From: Rebecca billardiae RCC1528
Taxonomy: Eukaryota; Protista; Haptophyta
DNA: 64,000 nucleotides
NCBI GenBank assembly: GCA_965240325.2
Contig: OZ251246.1
Span: 1,240,001 to 1,304,000 of the forward strand
Direction of reading: 5' to 3'
This document shows positions 23,701-34,509 of the stretch, piece by piece. The notes beneath the pieces were generated by a model, which did no database searches, had not been told where the DNA came from, and saw nothing but the letters and a program-made list of their open reading frames with translations. Each line of letters starts with the position of its first letter. Positions within the stretch are counted from its first letter, which is position 1. The position numbers were made by a program, and so were the translations under genes.

Positions 23701-26700
23701 TAGAGCGGGCGCACGTACTGCGTGAGGTACGTGCCCGGCGGCGCGTCCGCCTCCTTCGGCTCGCTCTCCTCCCACGCGTCGTAGTCCGCGTGCTCCGAGT
23801 TGAAGGTGTCGTGCTCGGTCGAGGCGGGCGCGATCTTGTCCGCGTTGTGGTTGCGCGCACACTCGAAGAAGAAGCAGAGGATCTCGGGGCAGAAGCGGAT
23901 GTTGCCCGCCTCGCCCCAGAGGCACAGGTACAGCGCCATCTCGTGCAGCCGCTGCACGTGCGACGGCGCGCGCCACTGCACGAACACGACGCGCTTGCGC
24001 CGCGCGAACGAGAAGAGGCCCGCCGAGGTGTCGAGCCAGCGCTCGAACGACTCGAACATGAGCTGGTGCAGCTGCGTCGCCGCGTCGTACTCGTCGCCGC
24101 ACGCGGCGGTCTGCGCGTGCCACAGCTGGAGCAGGTGCGAGTACTGCGAGTGCACCGAGTCGCGCTGGAAGCCGAACACGCGGCCGAGGTGCTTGAACAG
24201 CGCCTGCAGCTGCTCCTGCGACGTCTGGCACACCTGCGGCCGCGGCGCGCAGTCGCCCGGCTCGCTCGGCTTGAACTCGGCCGCGGTCTCGGCGGCGCGG
24301 ATGAGCGAGGCGCGGCGCACGCCGCACGCCGCGTGGACCGGCTGCACCGCGTCGCCGCCCGCCGCGCCGCCCGGCGCCGCGCCGCGCCCGCCGCGCCCGA
24401 GCCGGCCGCGCACCGCCGCGCGCGCGGCGCCGAGCCGGCGCGCGCACGAGCGGCGCACGCGGCCGCGCACGCGCGGCCGCACGAGCGGCACGAGCAGGCA
24501 GGCCCAGAGCACGCCGGCGAGCACGACGTACGCGGTCCACGCGGGGCGGAGCGCCTGGCACTGCAGCGTGCGCACGAGCAGGTTGCAGCACTCCGCGCCG
24601 CCCGTCCCCCGCTCCGACCAGACGCGCAGCACGTGGTTGGCGCGCTGCCGCACCGAGCAGCCAAAGTAGCGCCCGCCCGGCGCGACGTCGTCGCACGCCG
24701 CCGCCGCCTCGGCGGAGGCGTTGCGCGCGCGCGCGCACTGCAGCTCGATGAGCTCGAAGAGCTCGTCCACCGACGACGCCTCGAGCGTGAGGCACGTCCC
24801 CGCGTGCACGCCCGCCGACTCGTTGCCCAGGCCGCGCGCGGGGATGCGCGCGCAGCGGCGCGCCCAGCCCTTTGCGCGCACGAGGCAGCGCGGGCCGGTC
24901 CAGCCCTCGTCGCACGCGCACGTCGCGGTGGCGTTGGGCGCGGTGGGGTCGGCGGCGGGGACGCACGTGCCGTGCGCCCCGCAGCGCAGCACCTCCGCCG
25001 CCTCCTCGCCGCCCTCGTCCTCCGCCGCGATCGTCACCTCGTTGCACGTCGCGCCGCCGGCGGTGAGCGGCTTGGTCGGGTCCTCGGCCAGGATGGGCAT
25101 GTACCGCGAGCGGTGCGCCTCGATGAACGCGCGCGTCGGGCGGGCGGGCGGGTCGCACCCGACGTTGCGCGCGCCCTCGCGCTGGTACACGCGCACGTAC
25201 TCGACCTCGTACGCCACGGGCAGCATCTCGCACAGCTCGGCGAGCCACTGGCGCGTGTTGACGCCGTCGACGATGCACGTCGTGCACTCGGTGCGCTTGC
25301 AGTCGACGCAGCACTCGCACAGCGACTCGTCGCAGTACGGCCAGCCCCAGCGCGGCGACATGTCGAGGTTGAGGATGAGGTACATCGGCTCGGTCGGCAC
25401 CTCGCGCGGCAGCAGCGTCCCGTCGTCCAGCCCCTCCGCCGGGTCGAACGTCACGCGCCGCTCGGTGGTGAGCACCGAGGCGGGCACGTGGAACTGCTGC
25501 GCGCCGTCGAGCGTGAAGCGCACAAAGCCGTCGGCCCCGCCCACCACCTCGCACTGGTAGAGGTGCTGCTCCTCGAAGTGGGTGCGGCCGAGGCCCGTGA
25601 TCGCCGAGAACGCGTCGGTGTGCAGCCGCTTGCCCTGCGGGCAGTCCGAGTGCCCGTACCCCTCCTCGAGGCAGTAGTCGTCGCCCTGGGCGAGCGCGCG
25701 GCGCGCGGCGCGCGCGGAGCGGGCGGGCGGCCGCCGCGCGCGCGCGCGGGAGGGAGGGGGCGTGGGCGCGGCGTGGGCGGGCGAGCAGCGCGCGCGGCGC
25801 GCCGGGTGGCGCCCGCCCGCGCCCGCCGCCCCGCGTGCGCGCGCTCCGCGCGCGCGCGCTGGCGCCGCGCGTGCGTGCACCCAGAACTCGTAGTTGATGC
25901 TCACGTTGTACGCGGTGCCGTAGATCGGGCCGTACGCCTCAGCGCTCGGGTACAGCTCGGGGTAGTACTCGAGCTCGGAGCGGCCGTCCGGGCCGGTGAC
26001 GTTGCGCGGCAGGCAGCCCAGCCGCGGCCGCTCCTTCGCGTTGTGCGGCTGCCCCGGCCCCGCCTGCACGCTCGTCGCCACCATCGGCAGCGCGACGTCG
26101 ATGCGGCGCAGCACGCCCTCGTCCACGCTGTCGCACGCGCCGCTGTCCAGCTTGTTCGCGCCGTAGTCGTAGCGGAAGGAGCCGGGCATCACCTCGACGA
26201 TATCGATCTCGGGCGCGCCGCGCCCCGTCCCGTTGTTGCACGCGTCCAGCTCCTGCAGCCCGTACTGGTTCGCGTCGTGGTCGGGCTGCGCGGGGCACTG
26301 GTCGTAGTTGAACGGCCAGATGTGGTCGGTCGAGAGCTTGAACGTCGCGCGGCCGAGGTTGCCCATCATCCAGAAGGCGGGCCACAGGCCGGACTGGTCG
26401 TGCCGGCCGGGCATCTTCGCCGAGAGCTCGACGTAGCCCTCGGTGAAGCAGAACTTGTTCTGCGCGCGCGCGCGCGCGCGCAAAGAGCCCGCCCTCAGCG
26501 CGCAGCCCTCGGCCCTCGGCCCTCGGCCCTCAGCCCTCAGCCCTCAGCCCTCAGCCCTCAGCCCTCGGCCCTCGGCCCTCGGCCCTCAGCCGTCCGCCGT
26601 CCGCCGAGCCGAGGTGCGCAGGGGGGCGCGCGCGGCGCGGCGCGGCGCGGCGCGGCCCGGCGCGGCGGGGCGTGCGCGGCGTGCGCGGCGTGCGCAACGG

Positions 26701-27154
26701 CTGCGCGCACGCGCCGTGCGCGTACCCACGTCTGCAGCATCGGCGTCTGGTAGTGGCGCATGACGTCGCGGTCGTGCTCCCAGTGCCAGTCCTGCTCAGA
26801 CGCGCTCAGCAGCAGCTTGCCGCCCTTCGTGGTGGCGAGCGACGAGTTGTACGCGTTGTACTGGTAGTTGGAGTACACGGGCGACTCGAGCCCCGTCCAG
26901 ATCGGGTCGTCGCCGTCGAAGAAGGTGCGGCCCTCCTGCTCGAACTCGTCGGACATCACGAGCTCGTACCGCACGCCGTTGATCACCTTGGTGCGCGCAG
27001 AGTCGGGCGTGTCCTCGTCGATCCACTCCTCGGGGTCGGCGTCGGGCGCGGCGTCGGCGCGGGCCGCCGGCGCCGCCGCGAGCGCGAGCAGCGCGCCCAG
27101 CGCGAGCGCCGCGCGCCGCACGCGGGCGCGGCGTTGGAGCCGCCCCGTCGGCAT
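18017..27154 (-). CDS. Fusion of KRE6/SKN1-type GH16 beta-glucan transglycosylase + EGF-like + TM + FKS1/callose-synthase-type 1,3-beta-glucan synthase (GT48); 4 exons (27154-26726, 26459-25881, 25685-20748, 20590-18017), ~2,840 aa
   Basis: Signal peptide; LVMSDEF..GRTFFDGDDPIWT, MLQTW|NKFCFTEG, GLWPAFWMMGNLGRA, GRGAPEIDIVE, PMYLILNLDMS, EYVRVYQ (KRE6/SKN1); CACDEGWTGPRC (EGF-like); LYLCLWGEAGNIRFCPE (FKS1 domain 1); EARRRLTFF, WASHRTQSLYRTV, LGDGKGDNQNHA, QTIDANQEGYLEEALK, GFREHI, YGHPD, GGVSKA..LNLSEDVFAG, EYFQVGKGRE (GT48). Confidence 0.93.
26505..26591. repeat. 7-bp minisatellite (GCCCTCA/GCCCTCG)n in intron 1 of the glucan synthase
   Basis: About 12 tandem copies of gccctcR read directly. 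Confidence 0.9.
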
Positions 27155-27381
27155 GGGTGAGTGAGGCCGCCACATCCACTTTATTATTTCTTTGCCACAT
27201 CCGCCTCGTGAGCCCCCGCCCGCGCGGCCGCCCTCACGGCCTATCATAAACCGTACTACTGTCAGTACTTTATGCCGTACGCCTCGAAAAGGTGCGGCAC
27301 GGCTGACAACAGCTGCTCGTTGAGATGCGATCTCGATAGATGAATGATGAGCCTAGAGATATTTGTTTTCTCAATCGACTA

Positions 27382-27975
27382 CAGGTGGATACGGGTGATC
27401 TGGACAGTGGCCGACCCAACTCACGCAGAGGCCTCCCTGGGAGCATTGGGGTCGAAGGGGCGCCAGGGACGGACTTCAGGGGGTCCCTGGAGTTCCGCCG
27501 CAGCGCGCTTTCTGCGCTGCGGGCCCGTCTCCGCGCGTGGCGGCCGCAATGGCACTGTCCAATTAGCCCCTGGCACTGGCTGAGGCATGGGAATCGAGCT
27601 CAGAGACGCGCGCGCGGAGGAAAAGCGTGTGCAGCGGCTCGGACGGTTGCTCTGGGACCTACCCACGCCAGCGCAACCGCGCCTTGCCTCGGAGTCCGCC
27701 CTTCCTGAGTCCGCGCACGCGCCTTGCGGCTTGAAACGCTGGCGTTCGCCCTTGTGCGCGGGACTCACGAAACAAGGCGAAGGCGGCGAGAAGCGCGACC
27801 TGGCGCGTGCGCAGACGACGTCTCACGACCAGGTGAGTTCAGCGAACATCGTGCGCCGTCGTGGCGACCCGCCAGTGGGCGCTCGTGCTCGTTCGCCCAC
27901 GAGCCCTCGCCACGAGGCCCGCCGCCCGCTGAGTGTCCAGATAGCCCCTGTGTCCAGTTAGCCCGTATCCACCTG
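27382..27975. mobile_element. Tc1/mariner-pogo-type MITE (594 bp) with TA target-site duplication
   Basis: TA|CAGGTGGATACGGG(tgat)CTGGACA ... TGTCCAG(ttag)CCCGTATCCACCTG|TA. Extra copies of the TGTCCAnnTAGCCC motif at about 27557 and 27934. No transposase ORF. Confidence 0.88.
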
Positions 27976-28157
27976 TATCTTCGACTCTGTGAGTCTTGGA
28001 AAGGTGTTTATGATAAAGCTAGGGATAATCAACCTGCATCAAACGTCAATAGACGATCTGTATTACAATAGCGGTAGTCATCCTCGATTTACGAGCGGCA
28101 ACCGCCACCGCCGCCAGCCCGTGAATCGTCCAAAACGGGCCGCGCGGAGGCCAGGAG

Positions 28158-29487
28158 CTTGTCAGACAAACCCACGGGGGACGGCCCCGCGCGCGCACGG
28201 CGCGATGGCGGCCTCACGCGGCGCGCTCGGACGCGCACCCACGGCCGCTGCGGGTGCGCGCGCGAGGTCGGCGCGGCTCAAGACACCTATGGGGCTCAAT
28301 CGCGCGCGCTCCCGCCCGCCCTCGCCGCCCTCGCCGCGCGCAGGGCCCGGCTACTTTCCGCGCGACGCGTCCACGAGGCGGCCCGCCGCGCGAGAGCGCG
28401 CGCGCGCGTGTGCCAGAGGCCCAATTAAGATGAGCCACGGCCTCTGCCCGATGGGCCTAGGTGTTGGCGCGTCGGCGAGCCCCCGCGCGCGACGATCGTC
28501 GCGCATACTCAGCGGAGATGAGCGGTTTTGTTGCTTGTTGAGCATATTGTTCGAACAGCTCAAATGCACATGTAAATCATGTTACCGCATGGCACGTTCT
28601 CGGGCACCTGCTGCGTAGACAGTGCGCTCGACATGTGAGCGATCATCTGCAGGCTCGTGCACATCCCCGCTGATGGCGTGGTGTGGTCTGATGTGGAGCA
28701 GGAAGGTGTCCACTGCTGCACGAAGATGGCCCGGTCAGGCTGTCGGGAGTCGGCCCGCATCGGCTCCGCCGGCTGGGCGCGGTAGTCACAGAGAGGTCGA
28801 GACACAGTGAGCGACGAAGCAGACCGCAAGGTATCAGGAGACGCAACGGACGTGCTAGTTCAGAAGTTGATCGAAGCTCCGGATGCGGACACATCCCCGA
28901 ACTGTGCGACGCGGCGTGCCGGCGGCGCCGACCGACACGCCAGGGCTGTATTGACTGAACCGGTTGCTGGCTGTCACGCGCGTGCGTGCGGCCTGACCGA
29001 CACCAGCATGGCTCAAGGCGCAGTAGTGATGTTCATCACTCTCAGGCTCACGCAGAGAAGCGAAAAACGACCGTTGAATACCTCCACGCCGGCCCCGGTC
29101 ATTGCTTGTCGGCCAGGCCGCACTGGCTGAGGAGCCGCGCGTCCCAGTCAGCAGGTCTCTGCGCGCGAATCGGGCGGCGAGGGCGTGGGACAAGGCGGCG
29201 CGATTGCTGTCATCGGGTTTTCTCGCCACCACGAGGCGCCCGCGCACGGCTGTCAAGCTCGTATGCGGCCCTGGGCGCGTGGCGCAGGCGGGCCCTCGCG
29301 TCGCCAAGGGCGTCGCCCGGTGAACACCATCCCGCCGTTAGGGCTGGCGTCGGCGTCCGCGCACGCGCGACGCCTATTTGCTGCGCACCGGACGGCCGGC
29401 TCCCCGTGGGGAGCCGGCCGTCCGGTTGGTGATCTGCGCTTTCCGGACATTCCGCCGCCAGGCGCCAGCGTGGGTTTATCTGACAAG
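28158..29487. mobile_element. Non-autonomous TIR DNA transposon (1.33 kb), 19-bp TIRs, 7-bp TSD CCAGGAG
   Basis: ccaggag|CTTGTCAGACAAACCCACG ... CGTGGGTTTATCTGACAAG|ccaggag; one TIR mismatch; no recognisable transposase. Confidence 0.85.
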
Positions 29488-29546
29488 CCAGGAGGCACCG
29501 CGCCACATTTGGGCCCCCGCTTTACGAGCTCAAGCGTGCAGTGGCG

Positions 29547-29782
29547 ATGCGCGTCGCATTGTCAGCCGCACGCATCATGGCAGTTCTGCCGCGGCTGGGC
29601 GAGGCCGGCGCCGATGGCGGCGCGCGCGCGCCGGGCGCTCGGCGGCGCGCGGCGCGCGCCCGCCGCCGCCTTCCGCGCGCGCCCGCCGCCTCCGCCGCCG
29701 CGGCGTGCCGCGCGCTGCTGCTCGCCGCGCCCGCGCGCGCGGAGGGCGCAGAGGGCGGGCGCACGGACGAGCTCGCCTTTCA

Positions 29783-29814
<32 letters not shown>

Positions 29815-32630
29815 GCTGCTGGGCGGCGATCGCGTGGCCGCGCTTCGCGAAGCGGCGCGCCGACCAGGAGAAGCTCCTCGCCCCCTCGCGCGCGCGCTCG
29901 AACGGCGCGCTGATCGCGCCGTCTCGCGGCGCGCGCGCGGCGGCGGGCCCCGCGCTCGCTCAGCCGCCCGGCACGCCGCGCGTGTACCAGGGGCTGGGCG
30001 GCGGCGACCTGCTGCGCTCGCGGCGCTCGCGGCTGGAGGAGTCGGGCATCCGCGCCGCCGCCGCGCGGCGCGCCGCCGCGGAGGCCGCCGCCGCCGCCGC
30101 CGCCGCCGATGCCGACGCGGCGGCGGCGCAGGCGGAGGCGCTGCGCGGCGCCTCGGCCGAGCTGGCCGCGCTGCGCGACGCGAACGAGGCGATGCCCACC
30201 TCGCCGCTGGCGCAGCGGAGCGAGGTGGCGGCGCTCGAGGCGGAGCTGGAGCGCGTCAAGCGCGCCGTCCGCGCCGAGCGCGAGGAGCACGAGCGCGAGG
30301 TCGGCGCGCTGGGCTTGGCGATGCGTCGGCTCGAGGGCGCGCACGACGAGGCGCGGCGGCAGCAGCTGGCGCAGCTGCACGCGGCCGAGGCGGCCGCGGC
30401 GGCGAGGCCGGCGGCGGCGGCGGCGGCGGCGGCGCCGGTGATCGCGGGCGCGGACCCGGAGGAGCTCGACGCGCTCGCCGCCGAGCTGAACAGCGTGCGC
30501 GCGCGCATGGAGGCCGACCGGCAGGCCTCCGCCGCCGAGCGCGCGCGCTCTGCGGCCGAGCTCGAGCGCGTGCGCGCGCACGTGGCCGAGGCGCTGGCCG
30601 CCGCGCGCGCCGCCTCGCGCAAGCCGCCGGTGGAGGTGGCGGCGACGAACACGGAGCCGGAGACGCACGCGGTGGGCACGAGCACCGACTCGCCCCGCGC
30701 CACCTCGCCGCTCCCCTCGCCCGACCCGGCCGCGCAGCACCCGCTCGAGGCGGCGCGCGCGCGGCTCGCGTCCGCGTCCGCGTCTCACTCGAGCTCGTCG
30801 GACGCGCTGCGCACGCGCGTCCGGGGGCTCGAGGCGAAGCTCGCGGAGCTCGAGGGGCGGATGGGCGCGGCGGGCGCGGGGGCGGCGCCGGCGGCCGCGC
30901 CCGCGCCCGCGCCCGCGCGCTCGCCCACGCCGTGGCGCCCGCCCGCGCCGACGTTCGTGCCGCCGCCGCCGCCGCCGCCGCCGCTCAAGCTGCAGCCGCC
31001 GCCCGCCTCGCCCGCCGCACCGCGCGCCGCCGCGCCCGCCGCCGCCGCGCCCGGCGGCTACGCGCGGCCGTTCGGCACGCCGCCGCCGATCCTCGTGCCG
31101 CCCTCGACGCAGCTCGAGCCCCTGCCCACCGGCCCGCGGCGCGAGCCCTCGCCGCGCCGCCCGCACCGCCCCTCCGCGGGCGTGCGCTTTGCGCCCGCCG
31201 CCGAGCCGGCGCAGCGCGAGGGCGCGCGCTCGGAGCGCGCGCTCAGCGAGAGGCAGCGCGCCGCCAGCCGCGAGCTGGCGTACCACGCGGTGGACGAGCC
31301 CGCGCCGGGCGCGCCGCTGCGCAACGAGATCGCGCCGAAGGTGGTGGTGGGCAAGGCGTACGAGATGCGCCTCGGCCCCGGCGCCAAGGGCCGCGCGGGG
31401 CTCGAGGAGTCGCTCGAGCTCGCCAAGGACTCGGGCGAGGCGGGCGGCGAGCGGCCGGAGTGGGTGCCGCTGTTTGTCTCGATGAAGCCGCCGCCGGAGG
31501 GGGGGTACTCGCCGGGGGTGACGGGCTCGGCGGCGGCGCTCAAGCAGCCGGACGGCGGCTGGCGGCTGCGCTACCGCATGGACGAGCCGGCAAAGCCGTA
31601 CGACGCGCGCAGCTACGGCCCGCGCGAGGTGGCGCTCGAGTCGCTCGACGGCGTGCCGCTCAGCTCGCGCGCCACGAGCGTCGAGCCCGCGCGCAGGCTG
31701 CTGCCCGCGCGCCGCGTCGAGCTGTACGACGCGGTGAACGGCGAGCCGATCACGGGCGCGACCGCGTCGGTGGTGGACGCGTCGGGCGAGCAGCGGCTCG
31801 TCACCGCGCCGCCGCGGCGCGGCTCGGAGGGCCTCTCGCTCGACCTGAGCCTGCTGCCGGACGGCGAGACGGCGGTGGAGGTGCACGCGGACGGGTACGA
31901 GGGGGCGCCCCTGCGCTACCTCAAGCTGGGCGAGCGCACGCGCGAGGACGAGGTGGAGAGGGTGTTCCTCTCGAGGCGGGGCACGATGCGCCCGACGCAG
32001 GTGCGCGTCGTGCTCGCGTGGCGCGCCCACCCCGCCGACCTCGACCTGCACGTCGTCTCCTCCAAGGGCGGGCACGTGTACTGGTCGCACAAGGAGCACG
32101 CGGAGATGCACTTTGACATCGACGCGCGCAAGGGGTACGGCCCCGAGACGGTCACGCTCGAGCCCAAGCCGGGGATGGCGTACCGCGTGTTCGTGCACAA
32201 CTACACCGCGGTGAACGACCACCCGAACGAGCACGTCGTCGCCGACGACCTCGCGCGCTCGGGCGGCATCGTGACGCTCTTTGACGGGCGCGGCCGGCCG
32301 CCCCTGCGCTGGGCCGCGCCCGACCGGCCGCTCTCCAACCACCTGTACTGGGACGTCTTCACGATCGCGTGCGACAGGGAGGGGCGGATCGGGATCGTCT
32401 CCGAGCCGAACGCGCTGCTCGCCAAGCGGCCGGACAAGCCCGCCTCGGCGAACATGCGCAAGATGCGCAAGTCGCTGCTCTCCGCGCTCGCCACGAGCGG
32501 CGCGTCGCCCGAGGTGGGCGCGCGCTGCGCCGGGCGCGGCGGCGGCTCGTTTGAGGAGGGGCAGGGCGCGTACGCGCAGCCCACGTACGGCGCGCCGCAG
32601 CCCAGCCGCCTGCGCTACCAGCAGCGGTAG
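29547..32630 (+). CDS. Membrane-anchored coiled-coil/Pro-rich protein with C-terminal beta-sandwich and YfaP/DUF2135-like domain
   Basis: Poly-Leu TM from a (CTG)n run; long coiled coil; VELYDAVNGEPITGATASV (carboxypeptidase-regulatory-like); VRVVLAW...DLDLHV...DIDARKGYGPETVTL...YRVFVHNY. Start uncertain (ATG 29547 or 29577). Confidence 0.7.
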
Positions 32631-32804
32631 GCGGCAGGGGCACGCGGCGGCGGCGGCATCCGCCGTCAGAAGGAGTATGTACCGGACGCGACGTGACGTA
32701 GCCGTCCCGGTCGTCCGCGCCCGCTCGCGCCCTTTGGCTTTAGAGTTTAGTGATGGCTCAGTTCTTGACAATACGCGTATGTCGTATACGACTAATCTCG
32801 CGCC

Positions 32805-33000
32805 TGCCTGAGCTGTGTGCGTCTCTGCTTATTATTCTTAGTAAACTGTACGCATGCAAAAGTGCAATACAGCAATGTTGCTGACAAGGACGGCGGCGGT
32901 GAATGAAATGGCGGGTTGGTCTCCCGCGGCCTGCGCCGCGCACTGGCAAGGGTACAGTTTACTAAGAATACGAGACGCACAGTCGCACACAGCTCAGGCA
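32805..33000. repeat. Foldback / MITE-like imperfect long inverted repeat (~196 bp)
   Basis: Left TGCCTGAGCTGTGTGC..GTCTC..TATTCTTAGTAAACTGTAC pairs with right GTACAGTTTACTAAGAATA..GAGAC..GCACACAGCTCAGGCA; no clear TSD. Confidence 0.8.
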
Positions 33001-33063
33001 ACAGTACCGTATACCATACCGCGAACAATAACTATACGACAGTATCGCGTGTGAGCATGCACA

Positions 33064-34509
33064 ATGGCGGCGGCGGCGGCCATGCGGGCTGCGCTCGCCG
33101 TCCTCGCGGCGCTCCTGGCGCTGCTGCCCCACGCGGCCGCGCGGTCGCGCGCGCCGGCGGGCGAGCACATCGAGCTCCCGGCCGAGTGCGACTACCTCCG
33201 CTCGCCGGGGATCCTCAGCCCGCCGCACGTGCTCGCGGCCGCGCGCGCGCGCGCGGCCGCGAGCCCGATGCGAGGCGGCGTGCTCTCCGCGCCCGTGCGC
33301 TACTTCATCGCGATGCGCGACATCCACGTGGGCTCGAGCTGGCTGAGCGGACTGCTGCGCACCCACCCGGGCGTGCTCACCGCCTCCCGCGAGTGGTTCA
33401 AGCTGTACCGCTGCTGCCTCGGCACGCCGCTCGGCGAGGGCGCGCCGCGCCCGTTCCGCAACAAGTTCCTGCACCGCTTCGGGCTGGACGGGGGCTGCCC
33501 GCCGAGGGCCGAGCTGCACGCGCTGTGGGCCCGCGCGCTGCGCCAGTGGTACGAGCTCCACGAGGGGGGCGCGGAGGAGGTCGCGCGCGAGTACGCGCCC
33601 GCGCTCGCCGCCCAGCTGGGGCAGGGCGCACTGACCGCGCGGCGGCGCGCGCTGAGCGCGGACGCGGCCATCCGGCTGCGCGAGCCGCCCTCGAACCCCA
33701 CGGCGCTCGGCTTCAAGAACCAGCTGCCCGTGGACTTCCTCGACGACGCCGGGCCGGACGAGCCGCTCGGCGCGGGCGGGCGGTGCCGCGGGCTGCGCGC
33801 CGCTGAGCGGCTCTCGCACGAGGCCGCCTTTTGGCGCGCGCTGGCGCGGCTGGGCGTGCGCGTGATCTGCCTGCACCGCGCCAACGCGGTCGCGCGGCTC
33901 ATCTCCAACGCGGTGAACACCGAGGCGAAGCGCGCCGACCCGCGCTTCGTCGTCAACATGACGGAGGCACGCGTGGCGCACGAGGTGTCGCGCGAGTCGC
34001 GCTTCAGGCGCGTGTGCGAGCGCGCGTCCTCGGTGGTGCCCGTGTTCTGGGTGGGGTACGAGGACCTCTACCTGGGGGACACGGACGGCCTCGTCGCGCA
34101 GATACACGCCTTCCTCGACCTGCGGCCGAGCAGGGTGCGCTCGACCCGGACGAAGCGCAACGCGAAGGAGCTGGCGCCGCGCGTCGCCAACGCCGCCAGC
34201 CTGCGCGCGCGCGGCGGGCTGACGGCGCGCATGCTCAACTCGACGTTCGGCACGGCACAGGGCGCACGCTGCGCGTCCGGCACGCCGCCGAGCGGCCACG
34301 GCGCGCCGACCGAAGCCGCCGCCGCCGCGCCGGCACGGGACGACGGCGGTGCGCCGGCTCGGCGGCGCGGTGGCGCTCGGCGGGCACGCCGCCGCCGCCG
34401 CCGGCGGCAGCGTCGACTGCTCGCCGCAGCAGCAGCAGTGCTCAGGGCAGATGCCGCCCGTGGCCGTGAGCCGCAGGCCGCGGCAAGCTCGGACGACGCG
34501 ATGGATTGA
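33064..34509 (+). CDS. Secretory-pathway P-loop sulfotransferase-like protein (Stf0/NodH-like)
   Basis: Signal/anchor MRAALAVLAALLALL; YFIAMRDIHVGSSWLSGLLRTHPGV (5'-PSB-like); ALGFK; VICLHRANAVARLIS (3'-PB-like); VGYEDL...QIHAFLDL. Confidence 0.7.
   Translation: MAAAAAMRAALAVLAALLALLPHAAARSRAPAGEHIELPAECDYLRSPGILSPPHVLAAARARAAASPMRGGVLSAPVRYFIAMRDIHVGSSWLSGLLRTHPGVLTASREWFKLYRCCLGTPLGEGAPRPFRNKFLHRFGLDGGCPPRAELHALWARALRQWYELHEGGAEEVAREYAPALAAQLGQGALTARRRALSADAAIRLREPPSNPTALGFKNQLPVDFLDDAGPDEPLGAGGRCRGLRAAERLSHEAAFWRALARLGVRVICLHRANAVARLISNAVNTEAKRADPRFVVNMTEARVAHEVSRESRFRRVCERASSVVPVFWVGYEDLYLGDTDGLVAQIHAFLDLRPSRVRSTRTKRNAKELAPRVANAASLRARGGLTARMLNSTFGTAQGARCASGTPPSGHGAPTEAAAAAPARDDGGAPARRRGGARRARRRRRRRQRRLLAAAAAVLRADAARGREPQAAASSDDAMD

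Noticed and set aside
20373-26753. 2126-aa plus-strand ORF and similar antisense ORFs (45616-51558, 29562-32771, 42188-45487, 2508-5525)
   Set aside because: Shadow frames opposite real genes, caused by extreme GC3; no domain motifs.
18017-34509. Possible polysaccharide gene cluster (glucan synthase, DUF2135 protein, sulfotransferase)
   Set aside because: Adjacency only; no shared pathway or co-regulation evidence, and neighbouring genes in this window are functionally unrelated.
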